From: an uncultured virus (IMG/VR IMGVR_UViG_3300024235_000284)
Lineage: Duplodnaviria; Heunggongvirae; Uroviricota; Caudoviricetes
IMG/VR virus record: IMGVR_UViG_3300024235_000284
Reading direction: 5' to 3' (one strand)
Length of the DNA stretch: 64,000 bases
Below are positions 38,273-49,200 of this stretch, piece after piece (position 1 is the first letter of the stretch; the number at the start of each line of letters is the position of its first letter). Position numbers and translations under genes: made by a program. The notes under the pieces are model-generated. The model was not told the DNA's origin and made no database searches. It saw only the letters and a program-made list of their open reading frames with translations.

Positions 38273-38754
38273 TTATATATTTTTCTCCACTGTCTAGTAA
38301 TTTTATCAGCGTTTATATTCATTACCAAGCAATCGTATTTTGGTAACATAACATTAGAAATCGTTTCCTCTGTTGTATCCGTCTTAACATATATTAGTTT
38401 GGTCAGTGGTTTAATGAAGGCGTCAACTTCTGTACCTTTAGTACTTCTCAACGGACATCTAATGATGATAATTTTTGTGGGTTCGTAGTCAAGTAGTTTG
38501 TCATATATATATTGTGACAGTGAACCTAAACCTTGTGTTGGTACTACAATGTAATCAAATTTACTTTTTTTAATATACGGTAGCATTACATCATCACTAG
38601 AAACAGTAAACACATCATTGAAGGTAGTGTTTATCTTCTTTTTAGATCGAATTTTAACGAGCATTGTATGATTGTGGTATAAACTTATATTTGTATCTGT
38701 TGTTTCGTCTCTATGATATTGCTCAAATTTCGTTTTAAATATATGTAATTTCAT
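38269..38754 (-). CDS. Hypothetical protein
   Basis: Coupled ORF in island. Confidence 0.65.
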   Translation of the reverse strand: MKLHIFKTKFEQYHRDETTDTNISLYHNHTMLVKIRSKKKINTTFNDVFTVSSDDVMLPYIKKSKFDYIVVPTQGLGSLSQYIYDKLLDYEPTKIIIIRCPLRSTKGTEVDAFIKPLTKLIYVKTDTTEETISNVMLPKYDCLVMNINADKITRQWRKIYK

Positions 38755-39367
38755 TATGTATCTCCATATTATATAGTATTTGTTTCTCTATTTTCCAATC
38801 ATTGTCCTGTTTGTTTCTATGGTACCGAATTCTTCTTCTCCTACCGAATCTCTCGATTCCTTCAGGTCTCCATGTTAGTGGTTTTAATGATGTTTCAAAA
38901 TACAATCCGGTCTGATAGCTATCAAAACCTATGATATGTATTTCACAATCTGGATATAGATTCTTTGCAAGCAAAATACTCGTTACACCGATAGACAGTT
39001 TCTTCTCTGCCGGTACGTTATTATCTAATGACAATCTCGTATGTGTCTCTTTATCAATGGTTGTAATATTAGCTGTAATATCTTCGATCTGCAATGAGTT
39101 ATGGTTTGTTGACCCGGTACCGTGACAGATTAACCACAAGTCATTATACATATTCAACTCTTCGCAATTGTTATTTTTTAGCTCCGTATATTTATTTTCA
39201 TTGCTTAGATATGGTTGGCAATGTATGTCATACCTACTACCGACATATTTTTCATAACCTCTTACTTTACACCGATTACATCTCAATACTTTATCAAATG
39301 TATCAATGTATGAGCCATTTTCCCTATCTAAAATTGATTCACTATTACCTACTATACATATTTTCAT
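38735..39367 (-). CDS. GT29-like sialyltransferase
   Basis: IVGNS...NGSYIDTFDKVLRCN, LSIG, IIGFD. Confidence 0.78.
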   Translation of the reverse strand: MKICIVGNSESILDRENGSYIDTFDKVLRCNRCKVRGYEKYVGSRYDIHCQPYLSNENKYTELKNNNCEELNMYNDLWLICHGTGSTNHNSLQIEDITANITTIDKETHTRLSLDNNVPAEKKLSIGVTSILLAKNLYPDCEIHIIGFDSYQTGLYFETSLKPLTWRPEGIERFGRRRRIRYHRNKQDNDWKIEKQILYNMEIHNEITYI

Positions 39368-40017
39368 ATATTGATACGATTTAACGTTCCGTCTTTTAAA
39401 TACTTATTAATTAAAATTCTTTCTAGGTGGTATGGGTTTTGATCTCTGTGATATTTAATTCTCAACCTCTTTACATTGTTTTTCCACTCCGGTAAATCCA
39501 TACTAGTATTAATTTTACGTAACCTGTTATGTTCAGGATCATTACTCTTTTTAACATCTCTATACTGCCCAGTTTTACAGCCATCAAACCCAGTAATATA
39601 TATTGTATGTCCCTCAAATTGTTCAATCGCCATTTCGATGCCAACCAACCCAGTAGATATCTCAGTATTACCATACATTGTATCGACACCCCATTCATTA
39701 TAGTTTATCTTTTTTGCTAAATTAGCTTCTTGTTCTGGGGTGTACCATATTGTAGGTATATTATATAATTTGTATAGCGGGTTTTTTTGACGTAACCAGA
39801 AAACGTTAAATTGTTTATAATATTCAATATCTCGTACTTCTCTTTCTAAACACCATAGGTATGGTGAACAATATATATCTAGTTTTGATCCAACCCATTG
39901 TTCATAACCTTCTGTTATGCAGTGATTGAATCTTACAACATGGTCACAATTATCAATAAAATCACCATGCCTATGCTCTAAAACATCTTCACCGTTACCT
40001 ATAATACAAATATTCAT
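39364..40017 (-). CDS. GT29-like sialyltransferase
   Basis: IIGNG...HGDFIDNCDHVVRFN, ISTG, ITGFD. Confidence 0.8.
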   Translation of the reverse strand: MNICIIGNGEDVLEHRHGDFIDNCDHVVRFNHCITEGYEQWVGSKLDIYCSPYLWCLEREVRDIEYYKQFNVFWLRQKNPLYKLYNIPTIWYTPEQEANLAKKINYNEWGVDTMYGNTEISTGLVGIEMAIEQFEGHTIYITGFDGCKTGQYRDVKKSNDPEHNRLRKINTSMDLPEWKNNVKRLRIKYHRDQNPYHLERILINKYLKDGTLNRINI

Positions 40018-40018
40018 A

Positions 40019-40648
40019 CTAAAGATGAACTAACCAAACATCATCCGGATGTACAGTATGCTCCTTAAATATTTCTGTTACCGCGCGGTTTACACCAGGC
40101 CAACTAGAGTCATGACCTAACATAACACCTGTATTTTTTATTTTAGGAAGCCAGCATAATATATCACGCTTGCAATTAAAATATGAATGATCTGCGTCTA
40201 TAAATACAAAATCTAAGCTGCCGTCCGGTATATACTTGGCTGCTATGTGTGTTTGTGTTCTATATATGTTAACTCTATCTCTACAATTCTTTACTCTATT
40301 AGAGAATATTCGATAGTTTTCTTCATGTTCTTTTTTCCATTTTAGTCTCTGTGTGTAGTAGTTCTCATTACTGTTGTAAGTACGTTCCACTATATCATCT
40401 ATCTCATCCTGTGTTTGTTGATTTATACCTCCTATACTACTCAATTTATGTGAATTACTCATGGTTATAGTTATTTCTGAAATCTCATTTAATCTCGGTA
40501 CTCTCCAAGTGTCTACTGCAATCATTCTCAAATCATGTACCTCTTCCAATAGATAACAAGTAGTGTCTCCGCGCCTCACACCAAGCTCAGCACCTAGTTT
40601 AAAGTTATTACTAACAACTACGTGTTTTATAAACTCATACCTAGTCAT
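40019..40648 (-). CDS. Class I SAM methyltransferase (Methyltransf_24-like)
   Basis: AELGVRRG, AVDTW, LDFVFIDADHSY, GHD. Confidence 0.88.
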   Translation of the reverse strand: MTRYEFIKHVVVSNNFKLGAELGVRRGDTTCYLLEEVHDLRMIAVDTWRVPRLNEISEITITMSNSHKLSSIGGINQQTQDEIDDIVERTYNSNENYYTQRLKWKKEHEENYRIFSNRVKNCRDRVNIYRTQTHIAAKYIPDGSLDFVFIDADHSYFNCKRDILCWLPKIKNTGVMLGHDSSWPGVNRAVTEIFKEHTVHPDDVWLVHL

Positions 40649-41777
40649 TGAAATAATTCTCTAATTGGCCTTGCCTTCTAATATCTAATGTTAAGCAGTG
40701 ATGTGCTCCATTAAATAACCTGCAGTGTCTCATCTGGCACGGGATTGCATCTATATTATATTTTTTGAATGTTTGATTCATAGACTTAACCATCTCCGGG
40801 TGACATATTATGGTGTTATGATCAATAGATAATATATTAGCGTATATTTTTGTGCTTGTTAACTTGGTATAAATTTCACGTCTATTACGCTCTCTAGTAG
40901 CATTAGGCACTATTATCATATCCCACTTTTGTAATTCCGGGGGCAATTTGCTTATGATCTCTGGAATAGTTATCATTAGTAACCCTGGGCGAATTGGTAA
41001 TATTGCAGAATCCATATGATTATCTGCGATGTCAATCTCCCATATTGTATACTCTGGTCCTAATACACCTTTAAGCCATTGTACTCCTAGTCGACTATTT
41101 TCATCTGATGCATTGAACAGTATATGTTTACCTAATCTATGACAATTAGCTGCATCAAACATCATCTCTATACCACAATTCATATAATTATCATCGATTG
41201 ATCTCTGATTCTCATAATACTCCAAACTCTCTGGATCGTTATTGTTTGATATTCTAGACAAATCGAATGATTTATCTAACATTAATGGTTTCGGTGCTTG
41301 TATCCACTTGGCTCCTCGTTTAAAATAATCTAAAAATATGTGTCTCAAGTAATCATTTTCAAAATATCTATATCTCAACACTGGTGGTGTTTCTATGATT
41401 CTATCACCTACAATTAACGTCAAATCTCTAACAGTCAGCGCAGGGTGGTTTTTACTTTCCCATAAATTTGTTTTGACTGTCGATATTTTTTGTGGTTGTT
41501 TAGGTCTCTTGACGGTTATATTATGTGACAATAATAATTGTACAAAATTTTCTATGTCTTCCTCATGTTCATTCACATGCTTGTCGGTTATATAATTAGA
41601 CAGCTCGTATTTCTGTTCAGACCAACTCTTGCTAGTCCATTTAGAACCATATATATTGTCATGGAAGAACAACTTGAAAGCAAAATCTAACCTAGGCAAA
41701 TCACCCGGGACACCTTTACCTACTATGACTTCTTCTAGAGGATCAAAACCATTATGACTACAAACAGGTGATTTCAT
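40641..41777 (-). CDS. Amidinotransferase (glycine/inosamine-phosphate type)
   Basis: SHNGFDPLEEVIVG, RD, MFDAAN, HMDS, GAHHCLTLD. Confidence 0.9.
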   Translation of the reverse strand: MKSPVCSHNGFDPLEEVIVGKGVPGDLPRLDFAFKLFFHDNIYGSKWTSKSWSEQKYELSNYITDKHVNEHEEDIENFVQLLLSHNITVKRPKQPQKISTVKTNLWESKNHPALTVRDLTLIVGDRIIETPPVLRYRYFENDYLRHIFLDYFKRGAKWIQAPKPLMLDKSFDLSRISNNNDPESLEYYENQRSIDDNYMNCGIEMMFDAANCHRLGKHILFNASDENSRLGVQWLKGVLGPEYTIWEIDIADNHMDSAILPIRPGLLMITIPEIISKLPPELQKWDMIIVPNATRERNRREIYTKLTSTKIYANILSIDHNTIICHPEMVKSMNQTFKKYNIDAIPCQMRHCRLFNGAHHCLTLDIRRQGQLENYFND

Positions 41778-42607
41778 TTATAATAACCGTATTTTTTAAA
41801 TAAATTAGTAAGCGTGTCTCCAATGATACTATCATAATAATTATCTCCTACAAATTCACTTGGGTGAAATTGTACAATCACAACATTATCTTCTACCTTT
41901 TTTGATATTTTACGTATTTGCGCGCTAGTTGACTGCTTATATATATCTTTTAATTGATGTATGCATGATATATCCCAATTCCATCTCGGTTCTCTTAGTA
42001 CATGTAAATTTTTATATGTCTCATTCCTCCGGAGATCATCAAAGGCATCTTCATCATCCCAAGTTTCTGTTAAATATTTGTTAATATGTTTTAGTATATT
42101 ACGTGTAGATTCATTATTTCTCAAAAAAATAACACCTGTGTTTGTTTGCCTAAATTTTTCAGAGTACGGAACTTCTTTCCTACCAGTTGATAGACATGTA
42201 TGTGATATATCTGGATATAATTTACTATGTGAATGTCTAGGATATGTCGTCAAACAAATATCATACTCCGTGGTTTCGATCGGTGCATCCACCTTCTTGA
42301 CCTGAAATGAATCAGTATCGAAAAACCATATTAATTCATCGGGTTCACATGCACGTTGCATTACATCAAGCAAGCATTTATACTTACTAAATTTGTGACC
42401 TTGGTTTGGATATTCAATTTTCATATCACAATTGTCATTGAGTCTAAATGAATCAATCCCCATGTGACTAAAGTTAAAGTTAGCGGCATTAATTATAGAG
42501 CACTCAGGTATATTCATTGACAGCCAATTTTCAATTTGAATCATAACTTCTGTCCTATACGGTTCTGGATATTTGCCTGGACCAATAAAACACATAACAT
42601 ACTTCAT
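41774..42607 (-). CDS. Putative GT-A glycosyltransferase
   Basis: WFFDTD, NTGVIFLRN, DDE, QFHP. Confidence 0.65.
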   Translation of the reverse strand: MKYVMCFIGPGKYPEPYRTEVMIQIENWLSMNIPECSIINAANFNFSHMGIDSFRLNDNCDMKIEYPNQGHKFSKYKCLLDVMQRACEPDELIWFFDTDSFQVKKVDAPIETTEYDICLTTYPRHSHSKLYPDISHTCLSTGRKEVPYSEKFRQTNTGVIFLRNNESTRNILKHINKYLTETWDDEDAFDDLRRNETYKNLHVLREPRWNWDISCIHQLKDIYKQSTSAQIRKISKKVEDNVVIVQFHPSEFVGDNYYDSIIGDTLTNLFKKYGYYK

Positions 42608-43125
42608 ATAATAGACTTATCAATGTTAATTAAATGTTGCAACATTTTGTCAATATCACATCTGCATAACACAATAGCATCGCTTTCCTCCCACCATTCA
42701 ATTAAACGTGGTGTAGAACTACCATTGAATTGTAATCGTTGTGCTGCAACATCATATATCTCTTGTAATGTCGGTTTTACGGAGACCAGAATATTAAAAT
42801 GTAGTGGACTTATTACCATATTTTTATTTTGATGTATCAAAAAAATCTTATTTTTAATATTTGGATTTATTTTAATTGCATCTAATATATTTTTAGTACG
42901 TGAAGCCGCATGCAATTTATTATAATACCGGTTAGAGTATTTTTTTCCATGTACAATCTCTAAATGCTCCTGCTTGCTATCCTTTAAGATATTTGGGTAC
43001 TGGTTTTCTTCCGGGCGGACCGAGCAACAGATTGTGTCAATATCAACTAATGAATCTGGATACTTCATCGCCCATGTTGTTTTGCCTGTCCCGGGTGGCA
43101 TTCCAATTGCATCTAATGTTATCAA
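42604..43125 (-). CDS. P-loop kinase-like protein
   Basis: MPPGTGKTT, VDID. Confidence 0.7.
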   Translation of the reverse strand: MITLDAIGMPPGTGKTTWAMKYPDSLVDIDTICCSVRPEENQYPNILKDSKQEHLEIVHGKKYSNRYYNKLHAASRTKNILDAIKINPNIKNKIFLIHQNKNMVISPLHFNILVSVKPTLQEIYDVAAQRLQFNGSSTPRLIEWWEESDAIVLCRCDIDKMLQHLINIDKSII

Positions 43126-43745
43126 TGATGTATTTCTCGTATTAATATGAAAGGCTCAGCCATCCGGACACCTGCATTTATCCCCGCCGCTTGTAGTTTG
43201 ATCATTATACTCTCCCGGCAACGAGGATGTGGGTACACTCGAACTTGATCATCATAACACTCCATACTCTCAACTTTTGCATTTGCCTGTTGCTCGTTTA
43301 TCACATTATAATAATTCGGTGTAAAATTTATTGCACTACCAGAATTATATACAAATAACTTTTCTGGTGGAATATCGCCATATCTACATACTGTCATTGT
43401 TGCATCAAATGTTGCTCTATGGTCTTGATTTGTATCATTTTGTGGACATGTATACACAATGTTAGGTTTAATTTTTTTATATATTATTTCTAGTGGTTTG
43501 ATTATATCACGATTTAAGTTATCCAGATACTCATCAACGAGATTTAAAAAATGTAAATGTTGAAACCCTAGTATTGACTTTACATCTTCCGCCTGTTCAA
43601 TTTGTGTTTCTGGTGAATTATCTTCTCGGAAAGATAAAATACAAACATGTACAATATCACCAGCCTTTACATGTTTTGCTATTGTGGCTCCGAGACCCAT
43701 ACATTCATCATCCGCATGTGGTGCGATGACTAATACATTACTCAT
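43122..43745 (-). CDS. PIG-L/LmbE family deacetylase
   Basis: VIAPHADDE, NQDH, YDDQ, AEPF. Confidence 0.9.
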   Translation of the reverse strand: MSNVLVIAPHADDECMGLGATIAKHVKAGDIVHVCILSFREDNSPETQIEQAEDVKSILGFQHLHFLNLVDEYLDNLNRDIIKPLEIIYKKIKPNIVYTCPQNDTNQDHRATFDATMTVCRYGDIPPEKLFVYNSGSAINFTPNYYNVINEQQANAKVESMECYDDQVRVYPHPRCRESIMIKLQAAGINAGVRMAEPFILIREIHH

Positions 43746-43748
43746 ATT

Positions 43749-45593
43749 TTATTTGAAGAATAGTTGCTTGATACGTTCCATTTCCCTTGTTAATAACGTT
43801 TTATCATCTTCAGTGATAATACGCGGAACGCCCGGTAGTTCTGTAATTCTCGGCTTTCGGTAATCCTTTGTTAACTTATTTATATTATAATAAGTAATAT
43901 CACTAATGTTATTATAAACACAGCATGTAATTGTATGTGAGCCGTTTGCAATTGTATTGTTCTTATAAACACATATATTAGACAGATCCGGATTGAATCC
44001 CTCATGCTGAAATGACTCAATCAATGGCTTGAATCTTGCTTCAAAACTACCAGGTTTACATCCTGGTAACATCTCGTAATATTTTATACCATAGTCATTT
44101 TTACCATAATATTGTTCAATCGCTAGATATTTTATCGCATATGTTACAAACCCCCAGTGTAACAGATACCCGGCCTCGTATGGTAAGAAGTTGATAGACT
44201 CACTTAAATCACTTGTTTCGTTTACTGGAAATTGTGTGTATTTTAATATGTCTAGTAAATTGTTAATATTACTTTTTTCGGCATTTATATTTTGATCAAC
44301 ATTTTCTTCCCATACAGTTCTTGGTGAGTTATCTCTATCCTGTAAAATATCGTCAAACTCACACATATCCTGTGGTTGGTCTTTTTGTAGGACCACAGTG
44401 TATTGTGTACCTTTACTACGGACTTCTATTTCATAAAATAATACTCCGTCATTCCCGGCATCGCAATCACCGCAAGACTCGCCTCGTTTTTTGTATCTCG
44501 CTTGAACAACTTCCCCTTCCGGGTACTTATCGATCAACATTGAGACAATTTCCGGGGGGATTTCTTCTGGTGGTATATGTAAATAATAATGCACTTCTGT
44601 CGATTTAGCTGGCTTCCACCATTCTCTAGAATGAATCACATATTTAGGTGCAGGTAAAATTAACGGGTGCCAATAATTACAAATATCTAATAAGTTATTC
44701 ATTTTGGATAGATCTTGTTCTGCTTCTGTTGGTATTTCGTTAACCAGGCCTAAAACTACATCGATCTCCTCAATCTCCTCTTCTTTTTCTGTATTGAATA
44801 TTTCCTCAGTAACAGTATCATCTTGTGATTGTCGCTGATCATATGTTTCATTAGAAACGATTGTACGTTCTTCCATGAGTGTTGCATGAGCTAATTCAAC
44901 GTGTTTGTTAATTTTAGATAACCATATATCACGACAAATTGTCGCTTCAGTTTCAGTTATATCATCATCAATCAATGAGCTTACATCGATTCTACATTCG
45001 AATAATAATATACAATCTAGTATACGTACATCATGCTCTAGGAAAATATTAAAAACATCCAACAATGTTTTGTCTCCCCGTGGGCTTTTAATTATGCGTG
45101 GTAGTTCGTTGACTGGTAGATCCTGTCCTCTATTTTGTAGTTGCTTAAAACAACAGCAAATAGCCTTTGCACGTTCCTTGTCATTTAAATTTATTTGACC
45201 GGAAGCCAGTATATTATCCACATTATCAACAACAGTTATAGTCGCTGTATATATTGTGTTGTTATACAAAGCACTATCCTCACCACCCAATGTTAGCAGT
45301 ACACTGGGTGTTGGTGGGTCGTCATCTTGCGGGTTTAAATGATTCAAAACATTTAAATTGGTTATATAGATTTGTTTTATGTCATTATAATTGAGCTGTA
45401 ACCAATCATCAGTAACTATATCCCACAACACTATGTCACAATCGTCATGTGGCTCCGGTCTAGTAAGTTTATCTGTCAATATATGGTCAGCCTGTGTTAC
45501 TACACCATAATATATATCATTACTTGATGTGTCCGTGTATGTTACACCTACATATACATGTTTAGTGAGTAGGTCTATTTCTTGTATATTCAT
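43749..45593 (-). CDS. Large hypothetical protein of the tail-fibre module
   Basis: Long ORF; start set at MNIQEID just after the upstream stop. Confidence 0.7.
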   Translation of the reverse strand: MNIQEIDLLTKHVYVGVTYTDTSSNDIYYGVVTQADHILTDKLTRPEPHDDCDIVLWDIVTDDWLQLNYNDIKQIYITNLNVLNHLNPQDDDPPTPSVLLTLGGEDSALYNNTIYTATITVVDNVDNILASGQINLNDKERAKAICCCFKQLQNRGQDLPVNELPRIIKSPRGDKTLLDVFNIFLEHDVRILDCILLFECRIDVSSLIDDDITETEATICRDIWLSKINKHVELAHATLMEERTIVSNETYDQRQSQDDTVTEEIFNTEKEEEIEEIDVVLGLVNEIPTEAEQDLSKMNNLLDICNYWHPLILPAPKYVIHSREWWKPAKSTEVHYYLHIPPEEIPPEIVSMLIDKYPEGEVVQARYKKRGESCGDCDAGNDGVLFYEIEVRSKGTQYTVVLQKDQPQDMCEFDDILQDRDNSPRTVWEENVDQNINAEKSNINNLLDILKYTQFPVNETSDLSESINFLPYEAGYLLHWGFVTYAIKYLAIEQYYGKNDYGIKYYEMLPGCKPGSFEARFKPLIESFQHEGFNPDLSNICVYKNNTIANGSHTITCCVYNNISDITYYNINKLTKDYRKPRITELPGVPRIITEDDKTLLTREMERIKQLFFK

Positions 45594-45597
45594 TAAA

Positions 45598-46257
45598 TTA
45601 AGAGTTTCTAAAAATATTATTATATGTATTGCTATTTGTGCCGCCAGCTGCACCACCCGCTACATTGACAGTTGTTTGGATCCGGTGGTCTTCCATTCGA
45701 TCTCTAGGTAACGATCCTGAACCTAGATTCGAACAGGAACCGTCGCCTGCATGTACGTTGTATGTACCACTGTTCAGTCCTGTCCATTGAAAGATAGGAT
45801 TATCAGTCTGACTTGTATATGAACTACCTCCATCGATCGACACGAAATATTGTTTGCTACTACTTGCAGCTGGTGAACCGTCATTAATACTGTCGCTAGC
45901 TTGTAGAAAGTTTACAGATTCTGTATGAAACTCAACATTGATTTTACCATCAATTACATTGTTAGCATTACTAGTACCGTCATAACCACTATTTATCGTT
46001 TCCGGGGATGTTGATAAGTTTATTTTAGTACAACTAGCGCCTCTAGACTGAACCAAGGAGTATCCATCTGAACCACCTCCTTCATCGATCATAGGAATAG
46101 AAGCGTTTGTCCAGAACCAATCTTGCAACGCTTTCAAACTGCTGTTGGAATTATTGGAAGGGGTAGAACCATCGTTGTAATTTTTAACGGAATTCAATTC
46201 ACTAATTTTGGTTTCCATCTTCCACCCCATGTGTCCAGCTTCTTTTGCGTTACTCAT
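45598..46257 (-). CDS. Probable structural protein (Ser/Asn/Gly-rich)
   Basis: TAAATA upstream; follows tail fibre; TKISELN motif. Confidence 0.7.
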   Translation of the reverse strand: MSNAKEAGHMGWKMETKISELNSVKNYNDGSTPSNNSNSSLKALQDWFWTNASIPMIDEGGGSDGYSLVQSRGASCTKINLSTSPETINSGYDGTSNANNVIDGKINVEFHTESVNFLQASDSINDGSPAASSSKQYFVSIDGGSSYTSQTDNPIFQWTGLNSGTYNVHAGDGSCSNLGSGSLPRDRMEDHRIQTTVNVAGGAAGGTNSNTYNNIFRNS

Positions 46258-46261
46258 GTGT

Positions 46262-49200
46262 TTATTTAAGCTGTGATTCTAGTTGTTCCACCCGGGTGGT
46301 TAATGTTTTTACTGCTTCTATCAATACTGCTGTTATGTTCTCATATCTAACCGCCAGGTGCTCACCATCCGGCGCTTGCTTGATCACTTCTGGTAGATGT
46401 TCATCAATCTCTTGAGCAATCACACCAACTTGCGTGCCTGTCGTCACCCCGGGGTACATCTTCTTGGCTTTGTCGTTGTATTTGAACCTCACACCTCTCA
46501 TGTTGTTAACGATGCTCAACGCGTCATGTATCGTCTTCACATCAGTCTTCAATCTCTCATCAGACGCACTGTAAAATGCTGTCACATCTCCCGCGACGCG
46601 TACTTCATTGTTCGCCATGGAAATAACTCCCGTTCCAACTCCTAACCCGGCAAATTGAACATTGTCTGTGGTGCCTATGTTCAAGGTGTCTCGTGTCGTG
46701 CTGGTGGGTGTCGCGGTGCTGATGGATTCGATGTGACCATTACCATCATAAGTCAATCCGGAGATGAACTTGTTGCTACCAAAACTTGGAGCGGTGATGG
46801 TTTTTGTTGGATGCACGTATGGAGTAACCGTGTCGGTTGTGAAAGATTTAATGTGACCGTTGCTATCTGTATCCACACCATTTATGAACACATTTGCGTC
46901 CCCCATGTTAGTTGGTGGGGTGATGTCTTTTGTCGGATGTGTGTATGATATAGTTATACTATTGTTTCCCTCTGTCACAGACACATCACCGAAACCACTC
47001 AACGTCGCTGCCAATGGACCAGCCTCTCCACCAATCAACACTTTGCCTTTGGCCGCCTCTCCGGTCATGTTTGGCAAGGTGTATCCGAGACTGATGCCGT
47101 TGTCGGTGTTCGTCACAGCCAGCACACCATTCCGGTTTGAGCTAGCTTGTCCGGCTATGGTCGCTGCCAATGGACCAGACGGGCCACCAATCAACACTTT
47201 GCCTTTGGCTGTCTCTCCGGTCATGCCTGGCAAGGTGTATCCGAGACTGATGGTACCATCACCGGATGTGACTGTTAGAGCCCCATTCCGGTTGGTGTCC
47301 GCTTGACCGGTGATGTTCGCGATCACCGGGCCGCTTGTGCCACCAATTAACAAACTACCATTGGTTGTCATGGGGCGACTGATCAATGATTTGTCTGTTG
47401 TTGCGGTGTTACTATCAGAATCAGCACCGGATATTATGACTGAGTGTTCTTTAAAATTGCTCACCCCGGTGCCTCCGTTACTAACCGGTAAATCTGCTAA
47501 ATCTGTGTCTGTTAGATCCACGTTCAATGTCAACTCCCCTCCGGATCGGGTTTGTTTGTATGGCACCCCACCTCGGAAATAATTGGTATCTGCAGCTGTG
47601 GCGTCTATCTGATACGCAGTTCCAGATGCATCAGTCAATCCCACCCCGGGGGTTATTTTATGTTGTATTTTGATTGAGTTGTCTGGTCCTAGTGGTGGTA
47701 AATTGCCGATTTCTGGCAGACTAGGTCTGCCAGTGGTTATGATCTCAATACCCGGGCCAGGATCCACTGTCTCAACTGTTGGTCCATCGTCTCCTCCCAA
47801 CATGATGTTCCCGAAATTCCCGGTCATGCTCATGCCGGTGAGCTTTTTAACACCAGATTGTTGAGTTACAACCACCGCTTTGTCATTGAATGTTGCGGTG
47901 TTCGTGCCACCACTGCTCACCGGCAATGGATCTTTGAGCACAGCCACATGTCCGCTGCTATCTCCCCACAGCAGATCCCCGGATTCTAGTGACAATGTCT
48001 TGAGTCTGTTGTCACCGTCAGTAATCAGAAGGCCATGTGGTGTCAAACCTATATCGTCTGGGAACTCGAGCGAATTCCCAATCTTAACTCGTTGCAAATA
48101 CACATCACCATGTGCACTCAAACCAGAGGCAAAGGTTCCCCAGCCTCCCACGGTCAGGTTGCCGGTTATACCTGTGTCTCCACCAACAGTCAAGTCATCA
48201 CCAACAGTCAAGTCATCACCAACAGTCAAGTCATCACCAACCACAAGATCATCTTGAAACCAACCATCACTCGCGCTCAATTCCGGGACCCACAATCGAT
48301 TCACGTGTGGATTGTACAACAAATCTCCGGTGGCGTGATCCGTGAACAATAATCTTCCAGCGTCTTGATCACGTGTGGAGTCTCTAGCGACTGGATCATG
48401 TACAAACGTGATACCATACCACTTGTCTGTACCTGTGGTGCCTCCGGTTTCGGTGGTATCTCCCACATCCTTCACCCAGGCATGCTTGGAGGACTCTGCG
48501 TTTCCATGCAATCGAACGGCTTTGCTCCATGTGGCGTTGCCATCATGTGATGTGTTCATGGTGAGCCCGGAATGATCAATTGTCAGTATGCTACGTTCTG
48601 ACAACGTCTCGTTGGTGCTCTCTTCATCCCGATAAAATGTGGCTTGCACTCCAGGTGTTGTGTCAGCGTCACCCACTATTTCAAACACTTTTTTACCTTT
48701 GTTGTGCACCTCAAAGTGTGTCAGGTTCGAGTTCCCCGGGCTTGCTGAGTACATCTTGAGCAAATTGTTATTCGAATCGACAGCGGATTTGAACTCCACA
48801 CCTCTATTGGAACCTGGATTGGTCTCGAAGAACAATTGATGCCCACCGGCTCCAGAGGTATTCAAAGGTTTGGGTGAGAATCTCCACAACCCATACTCTG
48901 AATCGTTACTGTCCTTGATGTTGATGGTGCTTCCAGCGTTTCGATCACCACTAAAATTGACAAGATTGTTATTGTACCAGCTTGTAACGATTGTCTGACC
49001 ATTGGCTTGAGTACCAGAGCTAAACACAGTGCTGAACAAGTCATTCTCGTCAAACTTGGCGCTCACAGCACTGACCTTACTGTCTATCACATTGTATAGA
49101 TGTGAAACCTGTTGCTTATCATAATACACATCTGACAAGTCGATTGAATTTATAGCTTTGATCGTGCCATAGTCACCAAAACTCAAATTGGACACAACTT

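Noticed and set aside
48181..48240. 18-bp tandem repeat as a CRISPR or DGR element
   Set aside because: No spacers; it is an in-frame coding repeat. No reverse transcriptase or adenine-specific TR/VR pair was seen.
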